DNA of 42,116 bases, taken from NCBI GenBank assembly GCA_023248035.1, contig JAHFFJ010000004.1, forward strand, positions 12,048-54,163, in the 5' to 3' direction. The position numbers and the translations under genes are program-made. Positions 9,916 to 17,102 of the stretch are shown here, one piece after another (position 1 is the first letter of the stretch; each line of letters opens with the position of its first letter). The stretch comes from Candidatus Micrarchaeota archaeon. GTDB taxonomy: Archaea > Micrarchaeota > Micrarchaeia > Anstonellales > Bilamarchaeaceae. The notes under the pieces were generated by a model, which was not told where the DNA came from, did no database searches, and saw nothing but the letters and a program-made list of their open reading frames with translations.

Positions 9916-9955
9916 GGCTAGACGACGGGGCTATAACTGAAATTTGTTTGATAAG

Positions 9956-9965
9956 TAATAAAATA
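9956..9965 (-). promoter_or_regulatory. TATA-like box for tRNA-Gln
   Basis: Minus-strand TATTTTATTA lies 24-33 nt upstream of the tRNA 5' end (9932). Confidence 0.45.
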
Positions 9966-10009
9966 CTACTTATGCGAGCTATTCACTCTGGCAGAATGCT
10001 TAGATGACT

Positions 10010-10135
10010 GTTCAGTAATTTTCCGATAAGGAAAATTCAACTGAACAAAACCAAAAAACGAAACTTATATATAGTGGGAAACTTCTAATAAATGTGTACA
10101 GTTAGTTTTTTGGTTCTTTTTTCCTAAAAAAGAAC
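10010..10135 (-). repeat. Solo (non-tRNA) fragment of the intron element
   Basis: Positions 10010-10046 are a 37/37 identical copy of hairpin H3 (9656-9692; reverse complement at 18665-18701), followed by caaaaccaaaaaa. Positions 10112-10135 are an H-type hairpin, ggttcttttttcctaaaaaagaac. No tRNA exon-like sequence flanks them. Confidence 0.6.
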
Positions 10136-10189
10136 GGTGAATATGATGGTGAATAAGGAGGTTAAGGAAAGGGATTTCCTTCATAGGCA

Positions 10190-10468
10190 GGGATTTACTT
10201 CATTCGGCTCGATTCAAAGGGTCGACTAGTTTTACCTTTGGAAATAAGGGATGCCATAGGAATTGAAACTAATGGCAAAGTTCTGCTAAAAATTGTCACT
10301 AGTGTGAGCGCTAAATCGTCGAATGCAGCAGTAGCAAATTCTAATAGAAAAATTACTATAGAACTAGCGAAAGCTCCGGAGCCACCGTCAACTGATGAAG
10401 TTAATATTTTTCCATATTCTAGAAACGGAGCGTATATCAGAAAAAGGGAGGAAGATAAATATGATTAA
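10190..10468 (+). CDS. AbrB/SpoVT-fold (swapped-hairpin) small protein, start codon unclear
   Basis: The frame is open from 10187 and encodes ..GIYFIRLDSKGRLVLPLEIRDAIGIETNGKVLLKI, i.e. the classic DSKGR(I/L)V(I/L)P.EIR AbrB/MazE signature. The track start (TTG 10238) would cut off this motif. Only ATT codons (10193, 10202) are available upstream. Confidence 0.55.
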   Translation, partial: GIYFIRLDSKGRLVLPLEIRDAIGIETNGKVLLKIVTSVSAKSSNAAVANSNRKITIELAKAPEPPSTDEVNIFPYSRNGAYIRKREEDKYD

Positions 10469-11426
10469 AGTACCACGTCCAGTTCGACCTAGCTACAAAA
10501 ATGAATTTGTAGAAAAAAGAGTGGTTTCCTACATGTTTTTGCCACCAGAAACACCTTACTGTAATACTCGGTGTACCGGTTGTTATGTTTTTGATTCTGG
10601 TTCTTATAGAGCAAGAGTTCAGAGAACAGATGCAGAAATATTATATGATATAGAGAATTTAACGTCAAAAGGTTACACGGTATATCCAACTACAACAGAA
10701 ATATTGATGATGCGAGATTATTTGAGAATTTTACAAACAGTAGGTGCAAAGTCAGTATTAACAAATGGAATATTAATTACTGAACAACCGGAAATATCAG
10801 AACAGCTAAAATCTATTGGAATTGAACAAATTATAATAACGGGAAATTTTGAGAACAGCGGTTTAAGTCTTACCCCAAATAAACTAATCGAAAGAGCGAT
10901 AGATACAATAAATGCTAGCAAACTTGGCATTCTTCTTAGAATAACTATAACTCCGGAAAACCTAGAAGCAATTCCCGATATGGTTCGCTCATGCGCCTCT
11001 AGGGGAATTAGGATAATCGAATTTATGAGGTATGTTCCGCTTGGAAACAGCGGTGCAGTTAGTTTAAATGACGAACAAACAAGGCGATTTTTTTCTATCC
11101 TAGAACAAATGCGTAAAGATTATCCGGATATCTATCTTGCTCCTACTGGAACATTCGGTACTCAATATAGAAAAAAACAATGGAAATGTACCTCCGGTTA
11201 TACCTATTTCGCAATAGGTTTGGATAATCTCGTTTATCCCTGTATCTTTTTGACCCAAGCAGAAAATGCAATTGGCAAGTATGAAGGTGGCGAAATAATT
11301 ATTCAAAGAAATTTCGAAGCCGCAGGTGACCAGTATGATTGCCCAGCCTATAGCTATGCTTCTAGAAGATCTGGTCTAATTCCTGCAAATAAGCTAGTAA
11401 GAAATGGAGGTGTAAAATATGACTAA
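10461..11426 (+). CDS. Radical SAM protein with a short Cys-containing (Twitch/SPASM-like) C-terminal region
   Basis: CNTRCTGCY is the CxxxCxxC motif. The C-terminal part has C-x9-G-x7-C (CTSGYTYFAIGLDNLVYPC) plus one further Cys (DCPAY). The preferred start is ATG 10461, preceded by GGGAGGAAG and overlapping the stop of the previous ORF (ATGATTAA). The track ORF starts at 10395. Confidence 0.8.
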   Translation: MIKVPRPVRPSYKNEFVEKRVVSYMFLPPETPYCNTRCTGCYVFDSGSYRARVQRTDAEILYDIENLTSKGYTVYPTTTEILMMRDYLRILQTVGAKSVLTNGILITEQPEISEQLKSIGIEQIIITGNFENSGLSLTPNKLIERAIDTINASKLGILLRITITPENLEAIPDMVRSCASRGIRIIEFMRYVPLGNSGAVSLNDEQTRRFFSILEQMRKDYPDIYLAPTGTFGTQYRKKQWKCTSGYTYFAIGLDNLVYPCIFLTQAENAIGKYEGGEIIIQRNFEAAGDQYDCPAYSYASRRSGLIPANKLVRNGGVKYD

Positions 11427-11452
11427 AATGAAAAATATGGGAGAGTCTAAGA

Positions 11453-12883
11453 GTGGAGGTCAGAACGGAAGGGATTTACTTCATCTCTCCTAAAAGGGGA
11501 ATAAGTTTTGGTGGTGTAAGTGAACTTACAGAATCTCTTCGTTTGCCCTATGTAACATCGGCTTTAGAAATGCAAAAAGAATTGGAAATCCGTACTGGTG
11601 ATAGAGGAAAAGTTGCAAAAGAAAAAGCCTGCCGTTGGTTATATGATAGATGGGGAGTAAATATATTTCGTGGTTGGTGTATTGATTCTGGTGGCATTGC
11701 AATAGGAAATGAAACTCTAAAAGATTTTTTATCTGCATACTACAGAGGATCAAATATTCGTGGTATGGTAACTATTCCGCAATATGTATTAGACAAGTTT
11801 AAACCAAACGTCGGAATCGATACCCAAATGGAGTTTAAAGGTCTCTGGCTTCCACGTCAAATAGCACGCTTTGATGGAGAAGCACTAACGTCTCTTGCAA
11901 TTGCAAAATCTATGGAGCTTAGAGCTGGAATTCTAGAGTTGACATTAGATGCCTATGCAGATACTGGGTACAAAAGTAGCTTTATTTCGCAATATCAAGT
12001 GGATGAAGCGGGAGGTAAAATATCTACTGTGGAAAGTCCCAGGCCTGAAAGAGGTTTCTGTTTGGCAGATATCAAGAAGCCTGTTACAACACTTTCATAT
12101 GATGGTAATAACACCGAGCTTCGTACGAGGCTTTGCGGACTTCAGAGTTATTATCTATCAGAAATGTTCGTGCCCCTACCTCTTCGAGATCTCCAGTTAC
12201 CTACATACCTGCCAAGTAAGCTCTACATTGACGATCTTACTCCTTGCTATTGTGCAGCATTAGTCCAGAATCTCATGAGCGGAAAAGAACCAATCCCATC
12301 AATTATGGTGAGAGACGGAATTAGATCCACCAAGAACGAAAGCGGTCGAATTACATTCACCAATCTTCGTATTAATGCGAATGTACTTCTCACCCTTAGA
12401 TGGACTGGAGAATGCTATTCCTCTCCTTATGGAAATATCAAACTTACCAAGGATGAGGTTATCCAGCTCGCTTGTACGTTTGATGCCCGACCTTCTGCAG
12501 AATGGAATTATCAAAACCTCTACCTTTTCCTACCTGGTATATTATTTCCAGAAATGGGATTTTTGGTAACTCCATTCGAATTTGATGATGAAAAAATTCT
12601 TGGTGCCACTAAGCGTGCAATAGAATTTGCAAGAGCGGAATTCGGTTTAGCACCACTACTAGTTCCGTTCCTGCCTATGTCATGGCTAAAAAACTCATCA
12701 CTGCTAAAGGCCACATCCAAAGTAGGGAAATACCCGGAATATGCACAATATAAGTTATCTGACCAAACTATTGGATCACTTATTGGGTTAGGGGCGGAAT
12801 CTTCAATAGAAAGGTCAGTTAAACTTGGTTTAGCTCTTGCAGAAATAGTTTCCAGGGATGAAATTAAGGTGAGGAAGCGATGA
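11453..12883 (+). CDS. Hypothetical 476-aa protein (no recognisable family)
   Basis: Long ORF with a GTG start 8 nt after GGGAGAG. Its stop overlaps the next start (ATGA). The N-terminus ..EGIYFIS shares a 14-nt identical motif with the AbrB-like gene. Confidence 0.7.
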   Translation: MEVRTEGIYFISPKRGISFGGVSELTESLRLPYVTSALEMQKELEIRTGDRGKVAKEKACRWLYDRWGVNIFRGWCIDSGGIAIGNETLKDFLSAYYRGSNIRGMVTIPQYVLDKFKPNVGIDTQMEFKGLWLPRQIARFDGEALTSLAIAKSMELRAGILELTLDAYADTGYKSSFISQYQVDEAGGKISTVESPRPERGFCLADIKKPVTTLSYDGNNTELRTRLCGLQSYYLSEMFVPLPLRDLQLPTYLPSKLYIDDLTPCYCAALVQNLMSGKEPIPSIMVRDGIRSTKNESGRITFTNLRINANVLLTLRWTGECYSSPYGNIKLTKDEVIQLACTFDARPSAEWNYQNLYLFLPGILFPEMGFLVTPFEFDDEKILGATKRAIEFARAEFGLAPLLVPFLPMSWLKNSSLLKATSKVGKYPEYAQYKLSDQTIGSLIGLGAESSIERSVKLGLALAEIVSRDEIKVRKR

Positions 12884-13869
12884 AATTCCTACCATCACTT
12901 TTCTGCCTCAATAATGTTCCTCTTGTTAGTGGCTACGAGAGGAATTTTTATGATTCTTTTCTGGAATTACTCAAAGCAGAACTTCCGGAACGTGAAATAA
13001 TCGTTGAAGGTTCAAACTTTATCGTACTACCTGAAAAGGAGGGTAAGTGCGATACTATTCTTGTTGCTCACTATGACCAGGTTGGCCTTGTTGTTGATGC
13101 ACAATACAATCAGAAGCTCTATCGCGCTAAAAAAATTGGTCTACTTAACCCATCATCGGTTTATGGCAAGGTTCTCCAGAGTGTGGTTGATGGTAAAATA
13201 ATTCGGGCAGTTGCTTCTAGTCCTCCACCCCATGTCAAAGCTGAAGAAAGTAGGATTTTTCTGGAACTTGAAGAGCCAATAGAGTTAGCTCCGTTTTGGC
13301 CATTCTCATTCGAAAATCGTATGATAAAGACCCAGTCTAGTATTTTTTCTCCAGCTCTAGACAATAGAATTGGAGTTATCTGCTCAATACAGTGTGCTAA
13401 AAACTATGGAACTGGTCTTCTACTAACTGCAGGTGAGGAAACAGGTACTACTCGCTTGCTGCCATCGTTGGAGAATATCGAGCGAGTGGTAACCAATCCA
13501 AAATACATAGTTGTAGATGCAACTTTTTCAAAATCTGATCCAACCTGTAATGGTTATCTGGGGGATGGCTCAGTTGCATTTATCTCAATTGAAGGTGGAG
13601 GTAGCGGAAACATTGCACCTCAAAATCTAGTAGGCAAAATGAAAAACCTAGCTCTAAAAGAAATCAAAACAGAAGAAAAAGATGCAACTACTGATGCCAC
13701 AACCTTTTATCGTTTAGGGCGAGAAGCTGTTGCAGTAGTCTATCCAATATCCTACATGCACAGTAGCATGGAAAAAATTGAAATTGCAACTATAAGTTCT
13801 CTCTACCGGTTCCTTAGAGCCCTTAACTACAATGGTTTTAATACAATTCCAGAGGATATCATCTTATGA
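12880..13869 (+). CDS. M42-family (TET/FrvX-like) metallopeptidase
   Basis: The motifs VSGYE, AHYDQVGLVV, PPPH, ALDNRIGV, TAGEETG, VVDAT and YMHSSME occur in the M42 order. The positions of the metal ligands H, D, EE, D and H are retained. Confidence 0.75.
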   Translation: MKFLPSLFCLNNVPLVSGYERNFYDSFLELLKAELPEREIIVEGSNFIVLPEKEGKCDTILVAHYDQVGLVVDAQYNQKLYRAKKIGLLNPSSVYGKVLQSVVDGKIIRAVASSPPPHVKAEESRIFLELEEPIELAPFWPFSFENRMIKTQSSIFSPALDNRIGVICSIQCAKNYGTGLLLTAGEETGTTRLLPSLENIERVVTNPKYIVVDATFSKSDPTCNGYLGDGSVAFISIEGGGSGNIAPQNLVGKMKNLALKEIKTEEKDATTDATTFYRLGREAVAVVYPISYMHSSMEKIEIATISSLYRFLRALNYNGFNTIPEDIIL

Positions 13870-15104
13870 AGCTCACACCAAAAGGCATGCGGGATATTGC
13901 CCCTGAGGATATGTTAGTTCGGGAAGACGTAATTGATAAAATCCGTTCCATCTTCAAAAAGTATGGCTATCGTCCTCTGGAAACACCTGCAATGGAATAC
14001 CTAGAAACACTTCGTGCAAAAGCAGGTTCGGAAGCAGATAAGCAGATTTTTGTCCTTGATGGGGGAGAGTACGGACTCAGATTCGATCTCACAGTTCCTC
14101 TTGCCCGCTACGCCTCATCAACTGATGATCCAAAACCATTCAAGAGATATGCAATTGATGTTGTTTGGAGGAAGGAAGAACCACAGCGAGGGAGGTTTAG
14201 GGAATTTTACCAGGCTGATGTGGATATTGTTGGTAGTAGTTCCATGCGTGCTGAAGCTGAGATACTTTCACTTTCAAGAGATGTTTGTTTCGCTTTTGAT
14301 TTTAAAAAACCAAAAATCCTAATCAACAACAGAAAAATCCTAGATGGAATTGCAGCAAAGCTGGGAGTGGAAGAGCAATCAAAAACCGAGCTTTTCCGCA
14401 TACTGGACAAGCTTGATAAAATCGGGGAAGAGGAAGTAGGCAAGCTTCTAAAAGAAGTTTTAGGGTCAAAGGCTGCTGAATTGCTCAAAATAATAAAATC
14501 AAAAGGAGATAACAAAACAAAACTTAAGCTCGCAGCAAAATATAGTGAAGAGGGTGCCCACGAGATCGAAGAATTAATCGCCCTTTGCGATTTTGAAGTA
14601 GAATTCGACATGTTCCTTGTACGGGGGCTTGGTTACTATACAGGTCCTGTTTTCGAGATCAAAATAAGTGCTGATATGGGTTCAATTGCTGGCGGGGGTC
14701 GTTATGATAACCTGCTTGGTGTCTATGGCCAATCATCTCCTGCAGTCGGTATCTCTTTTGGGATTGAACGACTCATCACACTTATTAGTGAGCGTACTAA
14801 ATACAACAAAAAAACTTCCACTCAGGTGCTTGTTAGTGCCGTGAAAACGGAATTTTATCCAAACGCAATTTCTGCTGCTTCCCAACTCCGTAATGGTGGG
14901 GTGGCTGCCGAAACCGATCTTAATGAACGCAATCTTAGGAAGCAGTTCGATTATGCAAATGCACTTGGAATACCTTTTGTTGCAATAATCGGCGAGAGGG
15001 AAATCACAGCAAAAAAAGTAACTTTGCGTGATATGATTTCAGGTAAAGAGGAAACCCTTTCACTTGAAGAAGTAATATCAAAAATAAACGGGCTATCTAA
15101 ATGA
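13866..15104 (+). CDS. hisS: Histidine--tRNA ligase
   Basis: 412-aa ORF with PKGMRDIAPEDM, RYEEPQRGRFREFYQ-like (WRKEEPQRGRFREFYQADVDIVG) and GGGRYDNL motifs. Confidence 0.93.
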   Translation: MKLTPKGMRDIAPEDMLVREDVIDKIRSIFKKYGYRPLETPAMEYLETLRAKAGSEADKQIFVLDGGEYGLRFDLTVPLARYASSTDDPKPFKRYAIDVVWRKEEPQRGRFREFYQADVDIVGSSSMRAEAEILSLSRDVCFAFDFKKPKILINNRKILDGIAAKLGVEEQSKTELFRILDKLDKIGEEEVGKLLKEVLGSKAAELLKIIKSKGDNKTKLKLAAKYSEEGAHEIEELIALCDFEVEFDMFLVRGLGYYTGPVFEIKISADMGSIAGGGRYDNLLGVYGQSSPAVGISFGIERLITLISERTKYNKKTSTQVLVSAVKTEFYPNAISAASQLRNGGVAAETDLNERNLRKQFDYANALGIPFVAIIGEREITAKKVTLRDMISGKEETLSLEEVISKINGLSK

Positions 15105-15628
15105 CGCTGCTAATTCCAATCCTTTACATAAAAGACAAGCAGGTTTTTGCAAAAGAAGGTGGCATGCTTAGGCTTATGGGCAAGCCAATCGATGTGGTGA
15201 AAAAACTTCAGAAAAAAGGGTTCAAGCTCGTTCATTTTGTAGATAGCGATGCGCTGGTGGGCATCACCACAAACATGGACACTTACGATGCACTTACCTA
15301 TTTCATAAATATCCAGGTAGAATGTGCTCCAAATCCAGTATTCATAAAAAAACTGCTATCAATAAAATGCCGGGTGGTTCTTCCTGCTGAGCATTTACCA
15401 AGTGAAAAGAATAAACTGCTTGTTGGAAAAGTTCGAAAAGGTTATGATGGAAAAGCAGAAGGATTTGGTGATGTAATAATCGATCATGACCCATCGCTCG
15501 TGCAAAAATTCATCAAACTCGGTAAGCGAGTTATCGTTTTTGAAGGCTCGAAAAATTATAGTAAAGAATGTAGTAAAGAAATATGGGGCTTACTTCTTTC
15601 TGAGAAGTCTGCTTTTGACAGCAGCTAA
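15101..15628 (+). CDS. HisA/HisF-like (beta/alpha)-barrel family protein, short (175 aa)
   Basis: LLIPILYIKDKQVFAKEGG...GKPIDVVKKLQKKGFKLVHFVDSDALVG parallels the HisA N-terminus (IIPAIDLKDGK.VRL.QG....DP...A......GA..LHLVDLDGA). Its start overlaps the hisS stop (ATGA-type). Confidence 0.45.
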   Translation: MTLLIPILYIKDKQVFAKEGGMLRLMGKPIDVVKKLQKKGFKLVHFVDSDALVGITTNMDTYDALTYFINIQVECAPNPVFIKKLLSIKCRVVLPAEHLPSEKNKLLVGKVRKGYDGKAEGFGDVIIDHDPSLVQKFIKLGKRVIVFEGSKNYSKECSKEIWGLLLSEKSAFDSS

Positions 15629-16453
15629 TTTTGTTGCCAAGGCCGCACCTTTGAGAGGTAGCGGTCTTCCAAGTTTCTTTTTTCCTACTGTCTCTGTTTT
15701 CACTTCGCTTACATCTACTGGTTTTTTGACTATAAGTGCTTTTTCTGGTTTTTCACCACTCATTATTGTGAATCCTCTTTCATCAAGTATTGCAGCGTAA
15801 GATTTTGTCGAATGCTTTACTCCTTTCATCTTTATCACTTCAAGGTAACGCATTCTCTCCATGCTCTTATCATCGTAGCGGTAAAATAAATTTATCCAAC
15901 CGTCGCTAAAGCTTTCTATGCTATATTCTGAGTTTGGGCGTGCCCCAGAATTTGACATTTTAAAATCCTCAGATATGATCAGTGTGGTGACACCCCATTT
16001 TCTGATATTTTCTATGAACTTAAGAAATCCTTTCTTTCTTTCATCTTCACCATGGAAAAATAGTGCTATTGGCATTACGGAATCTATTACCACCCTCTTT
16101 ATCCCGGTGGTATTTATTATTTCATGGATGGCTCCTGACTGCGTGACTATTTGATCCACTTCGTGTATTGGGTAATCAAGCAAAATAAATTTCCGCTCCT
16201 TTTCAAGGGAAGAAAAATCCCACACATAGCCACTCACATGAAAGAAGAAGTCCTTTCTACTCTCCTCTATAGCTATATAGAGGCCTGGTTCTCCCATCAT
16301 TGCTCCATTATAGATGAACTGCGCCCCGAGCGTACTTTTCCCCGATCCTGTAGGGCCACTTACTGTTATTACTGATCCTTCTAGCAGCCCGCTGCCAGCA
16401 ACACTATCTAGTCCCGGTATCCCGCTTTTTATAAATTTACGTTCTGGAGCCAT
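15590..16453 (-). CDS. KaiC/RecA-superfamily ATPase
   Basis: GIPGLDSVAGSGLLEGSVITVSGPTGSGKSTLGAQFIYNGAMMGEPGLYIAIEE contains Walker A and KaiC-like context. The C-terminal tail is Lys-rich. Confidence 0.85.
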   Translation of the reverse strand: MAPERKFIKSGIPGLDSVAGSGLLEGSVITVSGPTGSGKSTLGAQFIYNGAMMGEPGLYIAIEESRKDFFFHVSGYVWDFSSLEKERKFILLDYPIHEVDQIVTQSGAIHEIINTTGIKRVVIDSVMPIALFFHGEDERKKGFLKFIENIRKWGVTTLIISEDFKMSNSGARPNSEYSIESFSDGWINLFYRYDDKSMERMRYLEVIKMKGVKHSTKSYAAILDERGFTIMSGEKPEKALIVKKPVDVSEVKTETVGKKKLGRPLPLKGAALATKLAAVKSRLLRKK

Positions 16454-16948
16454 CTATTCACCCTCAAGTATCTTTTTCCCCATTTCCGCTCTTTTCCTAA
16501 GGTTATCCTGTAAATGTTCTATTTCTTTAGGGCTTGAAACTTTAGTTAATATGTATCTTTTGTATTCTGCAGTTATTGCAGACATTGTTCCAAGAAGACT
16601 ATGCGCTTCACTAAGTTCCATCCTTATTTCATCCGGTCTTAGTATCTCCACGGTGTATGGACTATTTGCCATGCAGATTGCTGCCAGGGCTGCAAAGTTT
16701 CTAGTGAGTACTTTTAGTTCTATTGAACTTGACCAGTTCTTCCCCTCCTCACCGCCTTTAGGTTCATCTATTTCCCCCAAAGCAAAAACAACTCCTGGCT
16801 TTTTTATAACCTCATTTATGAACCCACTTCCGAGTTCCTGGACCAGCTCTTTGGTTTTTGCATGTATGTCGAAATAGAGCATGGCCAAAACGCCGCCATT
16901 CGCTATGGTTTCTTTGGTGACTTTTTCAACTTCATTCATTGTAAGCAC
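16454..16948 (-). CDS. Hypothetical protein directly abutting the KaiC-like gene
   Basis: 164-aa ORF whose stop is immediately followed by the KaiC-like ATG (16453). Confidence 0.55.
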   Translation of the reverse strand: MLTMNEVEKVTKETIANGGVLAMLYFDIHAKTKELVQELGSGFINEVIKKPGVVFALGEIDEPKGGEEGKNWSSSIELKVLTRNFAALAAICMANSPYTVEILRPDEIRMELSEAHSLLGTMSAITAEYKRYILTKVSSPKEIEHLQDNLRKRAEMGKKILEGE

Positions 16949-17102
16949 TCCTATTTCTTGATTGTCTGTAACGGTTTAAATACCTCCCCAGTTCCAGACA
17001 TTCTGACATATCTTATCAGATCAAGCCCATTTTTTCCTTCCCTTTTTTGTCTTCATCAGTCTTCTAGATGTTTTTTAAACTCGTCTAGACAACCTATATG
17101 CG

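Larger units (their letters stand above)
9530..9932 (-). tRNA. tRNA-Gln(CUG), three exons and two introns
   Basis: The RNA-sense exons are AGCCCCGTCGTCTAGCC (9932-9916), TGGTCAAGGATAGGAGGTTCTGGACCTCTTGACGGCAGTTCGA (9803-9761) and ATCTGCCCGGGGCTA (9544-9530). They join to 75 nt with acceptor AGCCCCG/CGGGGCT, anticodon arm GGAGG-TTCTGGA-CCTCT, T arm GGCAG-TTCGAAT-CTGCC and discriminator A. No CCA is encoded. Confidence 0.85.

Noticed and set aside
10010-10135. Split (trans-spliced) tRNA half next to the solo element fragment
   Set aside because: I could find no acceptor, D, anticodon or T-arm-like sequence flanking the fragment on either strand.
10143-10260. Programmed -1 frameshift fusing the 28-aa ORF to the AbrB-like ORF
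   Set aside because: There is no X_XXY_YYZ slippery heptamer at the frame junction (CAG GGA TTT). The analogous small ORF/large ORF pair at 11428/11453 needs the opposite shift direction. It is left as an open question, not a call.
16314-16877. Long antisense ORFs inside confident genes (e.g. 16314-16877, 14207-14611, 25148-25459, 28428-29044, 37219-37584)
   Set aside because: They oppose genes with strong family signatures, and their compositions are Ser/Pro/Leu-rich, typical of antisense frames.
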